A stretch of DNA of 52,138 bases, taken from the IMG/VR virus record IMGVR_UViG_3300028840_005437, positions 1-52,138 of that record. One strand, 5' to 3'. Position numbers and translations under genes: made by a program. The number at the start of each line of letters is the position of its first letter. The first letter of the stretch is position 1. The DNA comes from a virus. Lineage: Duplodnaviria > Caudoviricetes. Shown here piece after piece: positions 17,132 to 25,340 of this stretch. The notes below the pieces were generated by a model, which made no database searches, was not told where the DNA came from, and saw only the letters and a list, made by a program, of their open reading frames with translations.

Positions 17132-17537
17132 AAAAATCGAAAAGGGTCGGCTCTATATCCCTTTAAACGGAAAGACGATCCATTATAAGGGACGAAAAGT
17201 TACGCCCGTGTGGAGAGTGACCGTGGTCCTGCGAAGCCATGTTTTCGCCAGAGAAGCGTATGGAAACAACGACGCGGTGATAAGCTTCGACGATCTGGAG
17301 AATAAATACGAATCGATAGAAGCGTCCGATCTTTACTCCGAGCGCGAGCTGACGCTCATGACGAAGAAGGAACTGGCGAATTTAAAAGAGCTTTTCGGAG
17401 ATGACGCGCTCAAAAGCATGCCTCCGATTAAAGAGGCGCGGTTAGCGATTAATACGCTAAGAGCGCTTGAGAAAGGAATCCCCGAAAAAAAATCATTTCG
17501 GCAAAAATTTCTGCAATATCTTAAATCCGCTTTTTAG
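17121..17537 (+). CDS. Hypothetical protein
   Basis: GGAGGAG RBS, start MENKKIEK. Confidence 0.6.
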   Translation: MENKKIEKGRLYIPLNGKTIHYKGRKVTPVWRVTVVLRSHVFAREAYGNNDAVISFDDLENKYESIEASDLYSERELTLMTKKELANLKELFGDDALKSMPPIKEARLAINTLRALEKGIPEKKSFRQKFLQYLKSAF

Positions 17538-17723
17538 ACCTCTTTCCGCCGCCAGCTTCGTGAACTCCTCGTTCTTCAGCGTCGAACCGTTCATGATTTC
17601 GGCGAGCTGGCGGTTCTCATGCCGACTCTTGAGAGAAGCGAATATCCATCCGGCCGCCAAAATAATATTTTCGACCTCCGTGGCCAGTTCGAGAGCTTTG
17701 CTCAGTATCATTTCCGTATTCAT
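17493..17723 (-). CDS. Small late protein (possible lysis accessory)
   Basis: Last ORF of late operon; one hydrophobic stretch. Confidence 0.4.
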   Translation of the reverse strand: MNTEMILSKALELATEVENIILAAGWIFASLKSRHENRQLAEIMNGSTLKNEEFTKLAAERGLKSGFKILQKFLPK

Positions 17724-17740
17724 CGCGATTCCCGATTAAA

Positions 17741-18067
17741 TCAACGTTTGCTTTTCAAGATGCCTCTGATTTCCCAAACCATTTCCTTGATGTTTTCGAG
17801 ATGGATCGTATTGGCCTGTATATCCTTGCTCATTTTTTCGACATGCCTGTTGCCCGCCTCCATCTTCTTTTCATGGGTCGCGACAGTTCGCCGTTGCGTT
17901 TTCAGGTCGTTCTTCAAAACATTCACGTCCGATCCTTGTCCGTAAACCCATTTCGCCAAACTGCCGGAAACGGCCATCGTAAGAACGCAAAATCCGCCGA
18001 TAGCCCATTTGAATAATTTTATCTGCATTTCAAGCCCCGCTATCCTTTCCGCCGTTTCCAGCTCCAT
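17741..18067 (-). CDS. Single-TM coiled-coil protein (holin-like or lysis accessory)
   Basis: TM segment WAIGGFCVLTMAVSGSLA then coiled coil; follows tail genes. Confidence 0.5.
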   Translation of the reverse strand: MELETAERIAGLEMQIKLFKWAIGGFCVLTMAVSGSLAKWVYGQGSDVNVLKNDLKTQRRTVATHEKKMEAGNRHVEKMSKDIQANTIHLENIKEMVWEIRGILKSKR

Positions 18068-18068
18068 A

Positions 18069-18524
18069 TTATTCCGAGAAGTCTATGACTATCGCCTCCA
18101 CTTCGGCGATAGTCTGGCATGCGTTTATCTCGGTTTTCTTCGCGATATAATACACCATGACGCGATTTCGCTCCGTGATCATATCCAGCTTGAAAGCGTC
18201 CCACGCTTCCTGAGTCTCGAAATCATGAGCGACGCCGTTTATATCCCGGAAAGTATAAGCGTTCGGATCGGCCGGATCGAGGCCATTCACGACGGTGACT
18301 ATATTATCTATCCCGTCTTTCTTCAGACAATAAGTATTCCCGTCGTAGACATGGCCGCCGCACTCGAACGCCGAAAAGTCCAAATCCAATTCTTCGACTT
18401 TCGCTTTCTTAGCCTCTTCAAGTAAATAAGCGTCAAGCTCCTCCTGCGTAAGTTCGGTCCATCCCTCTTGCGGACGGTTGAATATTCCTATCGCTTCCGT
18501 AATGTCGTTTTTCAAGTATAGCAT
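18069..18524 (-). CDS. Tail fibre assembly/chaperone-like protein
   Basis: LEEAKKAKVEEL..KKTEINACQTIAEVEAI pattern; directly follows tail fibre gene. Confidence 0.7.
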   Translation of the reverse strand: MLYLKNDITEAIGIFNRPQEGWTELTQEELDAYLLEEAKKAKVEELDLDFSAFECGGHVYDGNTYCLKKDGIDNIVTVVNGLDPADPNAYTFRDINGVAHDFETQEAWDAFKLDMITERNRVMVYYIAKKTEINACQTIAEVEAIVIDFSE

Positions 18525-18525
18525 T

Positions 18526-19782
18526 TTAAAATACCTCTATATCGTGGTCCACCCATCCTACCGTCGTTACATGCAGTTGATCAGTGGTAGTCGTGGCTCT
18601 AACAGCTATTTGCGACGAAGTATCAGTCATTACCCTTATTTGCGCCGATATATCCATTATTTCCGAAGGGCTGTCCTTAGCGCCCGAAAAAGTGAAAAGA
18701 CTATTAAAGACGGGAGCCTGATCAACTCCGTCAGGATCGGAAATAATTATCGCTCTTCCGCCTCCTACGGTCGCGGAAGAACGCCATGCGCAGTTTAGAA
18801 TCGCTTCCGTTTTTCTGCCCGAAGGAGTCGTCAGTGCGTAATTCGTTCTTGCTGTCGGAGTGGAGACAAGGGCGGCATCAACTATTAGCGCTCTGTAAAA
18901 AAACGTGTTCTTGACTTGCAGGAAAGCGATAATGTTAGACGAACCGTCCGTTAAGATAGCCCCCACGAGTCGTTTTTTCGTATAGTTAACTAAATTGCCT
19001 ACTAAAGAAGGACCCGCCGGATTGGTAGTAAAAGCGAAATCGCTTAAGCCGTTTGTAGGATCGAAAACAGCGAAACAATGATAAGTGGTGAGTGGCGCTT
19101 TAGTCCCCGTATCCAATCCTCCTTGAGCATCTCCCCCGACGAAGACGCCGTCAAGTTGTTTCGTGTAGGGCGGCGAAAGCGCTGTTGGGGAAATAGCTTC
19201 TCCGGTTCCGTCATCGAAAGTGAATTTTCCCACACTGAAGTCGATGTCGTTGTTCGGATCGACAGCGTTATTTTCGAGAATTATCATCTGATCGCCGAGA
19301 TATGCGATTCCTCGCGAAGTCTGAGTCGCGTCGGGAGCGCCGCTCTTGAGAAGAAAAGCTCCGGCCGTTATGTCGTAGCGGCATTCGGCGTCTCTGTCCG
19401 CAACCAAATCGCCGGGGGACAAGGCCGTCGCTCCATCCTCCTTGAGGATGGGTACGACGTCGACTCCGGCCACGTTAACCGTCGATCCGCCGGTATTGGG
19501 ATTCGTCGGCCTGAATCTGATTCGCATCCCCTCGAAATAAGCGGGAGGAGACCTTAGGGAACTGGTTCCCGGCTTGGAAAGGACATAAGCGTCCGCAAGC
19601 CCGGAATCATCGTAATAATCGGCTCCCGCGCCGTTAATCGCGGCGGCTCTGGAGAGCTGGAACGCGTCGCCTCCAAGACTTTGACCGGAATCCGTGACGG
19701 CGTTTTCGCGTTCGTTCTGATTGCCGTTGAATTCGTTCGCCGTATATTGATCTCCGGTGCCTTTCGTCGGAATATTCTGCAT
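18526..19782 (-). CDS. Tail fibre protein
   Basis: YFEGMRIRFRPTNPNTGGSTVNV motif, DATQTSRGIA, GGLDTG; follows baseplate genes. Confidence 0.8.
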   Translation of the reverse strand: MQNIPTKGTGDQYTANEFNGNQNERENAVTDSGQSLGGDAFQLSRAAAINGAGADYYDDSGLADAYVLSKPGTSSLRSPPAYFEGMRIRFRPTNPNTGGSTVNVAGVDVVPILKEDGATALSPGDLVADRDAECRYDITAGAFLLKSGAPDATQTSRGIAYLGDQMIILENNAVDPNNDIDFSVGKFTFDDGTGEAISPTALSPPYTKQLDGVFVGGDAQGGLDTGTKAPLTTYHCFAVFDPTNGLSDFAFTTNPAGPSLVGNLVNYTKKRLVGAILTDGSSNIIAFLQVKNTFFYRALIVDAALVSTPTARTNYALTTPSGRKTEAILNCAWRSSATVGGGRAIIISDPDGVDQAPVFNSLFTFSGAKDSPSEIMDISAQIRVMTDTSSQIAVRATTTTDQLHVTTVGWVDHDIEVF

Positions 19783-19785
19783 AAC

Positions 19786-20388
19786 TTACACTTCTATGAA
19801 AATAACCTGGCAATTAGCCGGTTTCAGTTTATTGAAAAAACATTGGAGTATGTCCAAAATCCCGTTTCCGAACACTAAAGGGAAAGCATAGGGAAATCCG
19901 CCCGTCAATTCATCCGTCACTTTCACGACAATGGTGAACCGGGATTCCTTGACCGATTCGAAAAAAAGAAGCGGGAAAACATAGGGAAATCCGGCCCCCG
20001 CTATTCCCGAAATCACTTCGACCGTCAAGCCGAACAAAGCGGCCAGCTCCTCGAAGTCGGTCGCGGTCTGCACGGCCGCCGTCAGCTTGGCGACCACGTT
20101 TATTCGGCGCTCATCCAGAGAGCCGCTTGCGTCGAATCAGTCGTCCGGGATTCCGACCGCCGATTCCCATTCCTCTATAAACTCCGTAGTCGTCGAAGGA
20201 TCAAGCTCCTCCCATACGGATTCGAGGAAATCCTCTCCCCTTTTGAAAGTCAGTCCCATGCCGAGAAGCAGTTGACGAACCTTCTTGCCGTCGATGCCCT
20301 TCGCCGCCCAAACGTCGTCGTCAGGCAGGTAAGCGGCAAGAGAGTCGGCATGTTCTTCTTTCGAGTGTCTAGTGAAAAGTTCAGTCAT
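19786..20388 (-). CDS. Baseplate protein (Mu gp48/YmfQ-like) with an in-frame TGA at 20137-20139
   Basis: Track ORFs 20137-20388 and 19786-20097 are in one frame: ..ELDPSTTTEFIEEWESAVGIPDD*FDASGSLDERRINVVAKL..LQCFFNKLKPAN. Confidence 0.75.
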
Positions 20389-20776
20389 CTTTTCTTATTG
20401 AAAAAACGTCGACGGGAATCCCGTAATATTTAATGTCGCTTTTCAAATTGGAAATTTTTATTCTATCGGCGTCATTCTTCCAGATTAAAACGACGGCTGC
20501 TTTTTTCCCCGTCAGTCTGGCGTACCTTAGAGCCTGCCCCAATCCTTCCGCCCATTTGCGAGCGAAATCGAATTCGACGGCGTATTCGCTCGTCACGCAG
20601 TCCGCCCTCGTTCCGTCGGAAAGACGGATTTCCATAATGCCGCCGTTAGCATGGCACCATCTTTCCTGATAATATCGTTCGTTTCTTTTTTCGGACCCGA
20701 ATGCTCTCTGAAAGCTCCTTGCGACAATCGCGAGCAACGCCGCCGTAATTATCAATGTTAGTATGGATTTTCGCAT
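20381..20776 (-). CDS. Signal-peptide/TM protein with a PD-(D/E)XK-like domain
   Basis: Hydrophobic N-terminus; E..YQ..WC..E..L.DGTRADC....AVEFD...KWAEGLGQAL.Y. Confidence 0.55.
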   Translation of the reverse strand: MRKSILTLIITAALLAIVARSFQRAFGSEKRNERYYQERWCHANGGIMEIRLSDGTRADCVTSEYAVEFDFARKWAEGLGQALRYARLTGKKAAVVLIWKNDADRIKISNLKSDIKYYGIPVDVFSIRKDD

Positions 20777-20785
20777 AGCCTTCCA

Positions 20786-22108
20786 TTAAAATGAAACAGG
20801 TCCTTTAACGGGCATTTCAGCGAAAGCCACAGAAATAGGATCGGCTGTTGGAGTGCTTAAAGTAAAACTCTGCACAGTGTCTCCCGTCTCGGTATCTATG
20901 GTATTTTGAATAACGGATATATATTGATTTTTAGGGATGTCTGTTCCGGGAGCCGCTGTTTCCTCAAAAAACGCGTCTAAGCTATTATTGATCGCCGCTT
21001 GCATCGTAGACGTATTCGGGATAAGCGTCCCATTAAAATCAAAAGGAATTTCTTTAGCGGTAATATCTTTGACAATAACATCCGCATCTTCCGTATTAGC
21101 GGGCTTAATTTCCAGTATTTTCGCTTTAGTTCTATCTATGTCGCCGGAAGTCGGTATGATTCCATCATTATCGCGCGTAAAGCGAATTGTTACTTGACCT
21201 GGCGCCGGATATGCAGGAGTAACCCATACTCGCGTGTTCCCTTCTACTTCCAATGCCTTCAGAGTAATGGCCGCTTCATTGAAATTAGCCACCGGATTCT
21301 GAACCCGAAACAGAAATCTGATTCTCTGATCTTCGGTGGATTCCTGATCGGCTCCGCCGGTTAAGCCGTTAATGTCGGCGAAAGCGCTGTTGTTGACTCC
21401 GGCTATAGGAACCGTGAAGGAAAACTCCGCGCCGGGGTCCTGGTTGGTGTCGGCTCCCGCGTAAAGCACGGGGCTGTCGTCCGCTTGCGCCGGAATAAGA
21501 GCCGTGTCGAAAGACGCCGTTATAGTCCCGGTGGCCGGAGTGCTCGGAGTCGTTTCTATTTCATAGGTGAAGGCGTTCGATGCCGTGACGGTGATCGTCC
21601 AGACGCCGTTATATTCGGCCTCGACCGCTCCGGCTATAAGCACGATTACGCCGCTGGCCAAGTTGTGATCGGCCGCCGTGACCGCCGTCACCGTTCCTCC
21701 GAAACGAGTCAGAGACGTGATTCCCAGACTTTGAGCCTGTATGGTTCCGCTCAGAGTCGTCTTGTACTGAATCGCTCCCGAAGAAAGTTTGGAGTTGTTC
21801 GGAACGATCGAGCCGGGAGTTCCCTGAGCCACTATGTATCCCGAAGCCCGCGAAGCCGGATTGGTGACGATGTTGAATATCGAAGACCAGCGATTAAGAT
21901 AAGGATTCTCGGCCGTGTCCCAAAAGGTCTGCTTGAGAATTTCCTTCAGCTTCTCGTAAGTGTCGAAGTTTCTGAAAGCCAAAGCCGCCGCGATCGCGCC
22001 GATCCAGGAATTTCGCAGAAAGGGATTGCTTCCCAGCAGTTCCGAACGAATATCGACCTTCGCCGCCTGATTTATCTCTTCTCTATTCGGAAAAATAATT
22101 TCGGACAT
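20786..22108 (-). CDS. Baseplate J / Mu gp47-like wedge protein
   Basis: FWDTAENPYL, GGADQESTEDQR.R, RVWVTP..PGQV; synteny. Confidence 0.9.
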   Translation of the reverse strand: MSEIIFPNREEINQAAKVDIRSELLGSNPFLRNSWIGAIAAALAFRNFDTYEKLKEILKQTFWDTAENPYLNRWSSIFNIVTNPASRASGYIVAQGTPGSIVPNNSKLSSGAIQYKTTLSGTIQAQSLGITSLTRFGGTVTAVTAADHNLASGVIVLIAGAVEAEYNGVWTITVTASNAFTYEIETTPSTPATGTITASFDTALIPAQADDSPVLYAGADTNQDPGAEFSFTVPIAGVNNSAFADINGLTGGADQESTEDQRIRFLFRVQNPVANFNEAAITLKALEVEGNTRVWVTPAYPAPGQVTIRFTRDNDGIIPTSGDIDRTKAKILEIKPANTEDADVIVKDITAKEIPFDFNGTLIPNTSTMQAAINNSLDAFFEETAAPGTDIPKNQYISVIQNTIDTETGDTVQSFTLSTPTADPISVAFAEMPVKGPVSF

Positions 22109-22110
22109 GA

Positions 22111-22554
22111 TTATTCAAAATTAGTCAGATTCCAAAGATCGTAATAAAACGGCTCTCCGTCAATGGTTATTAAAGCCTCGAGCGTTCCGTTTGAAATGGC
22201 GGTCTCGACCGTCACGTCTTTTGCCAGTCCGTCCTCGATTAGCCATTCGAGAGATTCCTCGATGTAGCTTTTGGCGTCGTTTTTCGTCGCGTCGTCCAAC
22301 CTGGCCTGCTTCAGAAGCCAAAGCTTGGAGCCGGCCTCGAAGCCCGGAAACGCGGATACGAGATTCCCTATCCAGCCGCTTCGATATTCGGGCGTAGGCA
22401 CTTCTCCTTCCGTCGCTCTCCTTCTTCCCGCCAGAGACATCGTCACGGTGGTCCCGAATCCGTCGTCGACTTGCAGGTCTCCGTTTTCGTCCAGGTTTAC
22501 GTCGAAAACTCCCTCGTCGTCCCGGATTAATTTCACGTCTACTGGTTGAGTCAT
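22111..22554 (-). CDS. Mu gp46-like baseplate protein
   Basis: GWIG..GSKLWLLKQA..AKSYIEESLEWLIEDG. Confidence 0.9.
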   Translation of the reverse strand: MTQPVDVKLIRDDEGVFDVNLDENGDLQVDDGFGTTVTMSLAGRRRATEGEVPTPEYRSGWIGNLVSAFPGFEAGSKLWLLKQARLDDATKNDAKSYIEESLEWLIEDGLAKDVTVETAISNGTLEALITIDGEPFYYDLWNLTNFE

Positions 22555-22564
22555 GATTGTTCTC

Positions 22565-22619
22565 GTCTAACCAATCGCTTCACCGGACGCTACCGCGCCG
22601 GTGAGCTCAGTCGTTAGAC
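22565..22619 (+). other. attC site 1 (type A, 55 bp)
   Basis: GTCTAAC-caatc-GCT(T)CACCGG(A)CGC-tacc-GCGCCGGTGAGC-tcagtc-GTTAGAC, two extrahelical bases. Confidence 0.9.
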
Positions 22620-22641
22620 CTTAACTTAATTGGAGAAAATT

Positions 22642-22881
22642 ATGTTTTTAAAATTATACACTCGCAGCATCGTTGAAATGGACCATATTGAAATTGAAGA
22701 TGCTCATATGGCAGTAGGACAAACTTTAATTCATGAGAAAAATGAATATATTATTTTCGAGATCACTCATTCCATAATAGGCAAACAAACAATTACTACG
22801 GTTCATTGCAGTGAAGGAACATATCTTGATCGCCTTAAAGTTTTACTCAGCAATGATTGGATCGCGGAAAGCGGCATTTAA
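22642..22881 (+). CDS. Cassette 1 ORF, hypothetical 79 aa
   Basis: GGAG RBS then ATG at 22642 just after attC1. Confidence 0.6.
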   Translation: MFLKLYTRSIVEMDHIEIEDAHMAVGQTLIHEKNEYIIFEITHSIIGKQTITTVHCSEGTYLDRLKVLLSNDWIAESGI

Positions 22882-23034
22882 TTGCTTCTCCGCGTTCTCT
22901 TTGAGAGTTTTTATTTGTTTCGTTAAATCTTCTTCTTGATGGCCTTCTTTATTTAACTCCATTAAACTCAGGGCTAGATAGTCTGATGCCTTATGTAAAT
23001 TCGTGATAATTTTTGTTTTGCTTTGTGCGTTCAT
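22843..23034 (-). CDS. Cassette 1 antisense ORF, helical 63 aa
   Basis: ORF convergent with 22642-22881 inside the same cassette. Confidence 0.4.
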   Translation of the reverse strand: MNAQSKTKIITNLHKASDYLALSLMELNKEGHQEEDLTKQIKTLKENAEKQLNAAFRDPIIAE

Positions 23035-23051
23035 GGCTATTTTATTGCTTA

Positions 23052-23122
23052 GTCTAACAAATTGCTAGACGCGAACATCACGCCGCTTCGCGGCTCATGT
23101 CGCGTCAGCTCCGTCGTTAGAT
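23052..23122 (+). other. attC site 2 (type B, 71 bp)
   Basis: GTCTAAC..GCT(A)GACGCGA(A)CAT..GCCGC-TTC-GCGGC..ATGTCGCGTCAGC..GTTAGAT. Confidence 0.9.
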
Positions 23123-23155
23123 AGCAATCCAAAAAATATTAATAATAGAGGAATT

Positions 23156-23548
23156 ATGAGAAAAAGAATAAAAGCGGTATTCATAAAAATAGTAGCTAAT
23201 TTTACCTGGGTCTCCATGCTTATTATTTCTTTTTTTTTAGTTTTCGCTTCACTCATATATTCCTTCCATATAAAAGATTTCGATATATTCGCGAGTTCAG
23301 GAGCAATTGTTACTATTGCAGGCATCTATCTTTCTTTTTGGCCTACCATAAATTTAACCCCCCAAAATGAAACCGAATTAATGGCTCATAAACTCGCATT
23401 TATGCGTTTCTGGCCCAAAAAAGGCACCGATGAATATGATCAGCTTCTTCAAGAAGCAAGACAAATACTTAGAAATGAAAGAATTGGTTTTGGAATGTCT
23501 ATAATTGGTACTTTTATTTGGGCTTATGGTGGTTATATTACTATCTAA
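23156..23548 (+). CDS. Cassette 2 ORF, multi-TM membrane protein, 130 aa
   Basis: About three hydrophobic helices; stop TAA lies inside the R'' box (ATCTAAC) of attC3, as is typical of cassettes. Confidence 0.75.
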   Translation: MRKRIKAVFIKIVANFTWVSMLIISFFLVFASLIYSFHIKDFDIFASSGAIVTIAGIYLSFWPTINLTPQNETELMAHKLAFMRFWPKKGTDEYDQLLQEARQILRNERIGFGMSIIGTFIWAYGGYITI

Positions 23549-23597
23549 CAAATCGCTTCACCGGACGCTACCGCGCCGGTGAGCTCAGTCGTTAGAC
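23543..23597 (+). other. attC site 3 (type A)
   Basis: Near-identical to attC1. Confidence 0.9.
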
Positions 23598-23619
23598 CTT
23601 AACTTAATTGGAGAAAATT

Positions 23620-23829
23620 ATGAATTTAGAAAACAAAATACGCCAAGATGTTGAAAGAGATTTAAGGCGTAAAATAGGATATTTAAAATGTCAGGTGCAT
23701 TTAGAGGCGCCCCGAATCAACTTCAAAAATATGATTGGCAATAAAGTCAATTTTAATGTTTCCGGTTGCTGCCCTGAGTTTGACGACATCTTAAAAAAAA
23801 AACTTATTAGTCTTGGCTATCGCTTTTAA
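23620..23829 (+). CDS. Cassette 3 ORF, hypothetical 69 aa
   Basis: Same leader and RBS as cassette 1; C..H...CC.EF motif. Confidence 0.6.
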   Translation: MNLENKIRQDVERDLRRKIGYLKCQVHLEAPRINFKNMIGNKVNFNVSGCCPEFDDILKKKLISLGYRF

Positions 23830-23983
23830 AGTCTATGCCTACTTCAGCGGTTCGCAGGCAAATACTGTAATAAAGCCAATTTTTATTTTCCTCATCTCCT
23901 TTAACCTCTGATTCGGAAGCTACTATTTCCGTGTTTTCGTCATTCAGCAAATCTATTAAAAATTGCTTATCTATTACGCCCAT
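23807..23983 (-). CDS. Cassette 3 antisense ORF, 58 aa
   Basis: Manual translation MGVIDKQFLIDLLNDENTEIVASESEVKG...; GAGG RBS. Confidence 0.4.
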   Translation of the reverse strand: MGVIDKQFLIDLLNDENTEIVASESEVKGDEENKNWLYYSICLRTAEVGIDFKSDSQD

Positions 23984-24206
23984 AAATATTTAATCCTCAT
24001 ATTACCAGCAAATTCGAGGAGTTACCAAAAAGCGAAATCGCTTCCCAGGGAAAGGAGGAATTTTCTTGCTTCATTCATCTGCGCGACGCTAAGTACTACA
24101 TCCCTGTTAATAATGGTGTGCCTAATAATAATACGGTCTTTGTTCGTCTTTCTCTTGAAAAAATACATGGGTTCTCTCTTGGAACATTAGAAGTTAGAGA
24201 ATAACG

Positions 24207-24277
24207 GCCTAACAAATCGCTAGACGCGAACATCACGCCGCTTCGCGGCTCATGTCGCGTCAGCTCCGTCGTTAGAT
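24207..24277 (+). other. attC site 4 (type B)
   Basis: Near-identical to attC2. Confidence 0.9.
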
Positions 24278-24297
24278 ATTTAAATTCGGAGAAAATT

Positions 24298-24747
24298 ATG
24301 AACGAATATAAAAAACTATTGAAGCAGTTCTCGGATCATCCGATCACAATAAATGATATTGAAAACAATGGATTCGATATTAACTCCAAAGAATTCGTAA
24401 CTTCTTTCCAATGGCTTGAGTCAGAGCAATTAATAACGCCACTATCTGAGTCCACTTGCGGGCTTAGATTATATGACAATGGTAGTCCCCTTTGGGTTCC
24501 AGTTGAGCTTGTCATTACCAAAAAAGGAAAAGACTATCTTGATCCGCCTAAACTTGAGAGTGATAAGCTGAAAAACTGGCTGTTTAAACCACTTATTGTT
24601 GCAATAATTACATCTCTGGTTTCTGGCGCCATTGGTTTCTATATAGGAAAAAAATTGCAACAGAACAAATTATGCCAACAAATAAGCCACCCGCAAAAGA
24701 AGCTGCCCAAACCACATGAATTAATTCAGAACACATCAAATCCATAA
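24298..24747 (+). CDS. Cassette 4 ORF: winged-helix-like N-terminus plus C-terminal TM, 149 aa
   Basis: WLESEQLI..LVITKKGKDYL then TM LIVAIITSLVSGAIGFYIG; GGAG RBS. Confidence 0.7.
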   Translation: MNEYKKLLKQFSDHPITINDIENNGFDINSKEFVTSFQWLESEQLITPLSESTCGLRLYDNGSPLWVPVELVITKKGKDYLDPPKLESDKLKNWLFKPLIVAIITSLVSGAIGFYIGKKLQQNKLCQQISHPQKKLPKPHELIQNTSNP

Positions 24748-24775
24748 TGCTGAAATCATCAATATATTAATGTAT

Positions 24776-24832
24776 ATCTAACAAGTCGCTAGAGCCGACG
24801 CCTACCGGCGCGGCTGAACTCAATCGTTAATC
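24776..24832 (+). other. attC site 5 (divergent, 57 bp)
   Basis: ATCTAAC-aagtc-GCTAGAGCCG(A)CGCC-tacc-GGCGCGGCTGAAC-tcaatc-GTTAATC. Confidence 0.75.
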
Positions 24833-24881
24833 ATGCATATTTTATTCCGTTTACGCCGGGATACGGCGTTAAGAGCGCAAT

Positions 24882-25340
24882 CTATGGAGCCGGAGGACCG
24901 GACAAGCCCGCTCCCGTCGTCACTCCCGTGTGAACATGCGTAATCAGGTCCGAAATAACCAAAGTTCCTCCCTTCCAAACCTCTATCGTTCCTTGGTCCG
25001 TGAATTTCAAATAAGTCGGAACGGTAGCCGAGAAAGCTCCGACGACCACCTCTTTGGAATTGTGCGCCGGAATGGTCTTGGGATCGTAGGCGATTCCGAC
25101 CTGATTCGAGCTTTCGCCCTGGACGTTGAACTTGACTCCCGACGCGCCGACCGGCGGCTTGGCCGCTAATCCGTAGGGACTCAGCAACTCCACGTATGAC
25201 GTCTTTCCCAATGCGTCGACCTGCGCGTCCGGGTATTCGCCGGCCTCATAGGGTTCCGATTCGGTCACTATAAGACGCTGAATCATCGTCATGATTTTGT
25301 TTTTCAAAGCCGCTAGAGCGGCCTCCACTATAGGCGTCAT
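24882..25340 (-). CDS. Baseplate spike (Mu gp45/gpV-like)
   Basis: PYGLAAKPP; C-terminal HxH motif THVHTGVTTG..SGPP. Confidence 0.9.
   Translation of the reverse strand: MTPIVEAALAALKNKIMTMIQRLIVTESEPYEAGEYPDAQVDALGKTSYVELLSPYGLAAKPPVGASGVKFNVQGESSNQVGIAYDPKTIPAHNSKEVVVGAFSATVPTYLKFTDQGTIEVWKGGTLVISDLITHVHTGVTTGAGLSGPPAP

Larger units (their letters stand above)
22565..24832 (+). mobile_element. Integron gene-cassette array without integrase (CALIN-like): 5 attC sites, 4 cassettes
   Basis: Five imperfect inverted repeats bounded by RYYTAAC and GTTAGAY/GTTAATC, separated by AT-rich ORFs. Confidence 0.9.

Noticed and set aside
22565-24832. Repeats as REP elements, terminators or CRISPR repeats
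   Set aside because: They have attC R''/R' boxes and extrahelical bases and are spaced by gene-sized units; no U-tracts or short spacers.
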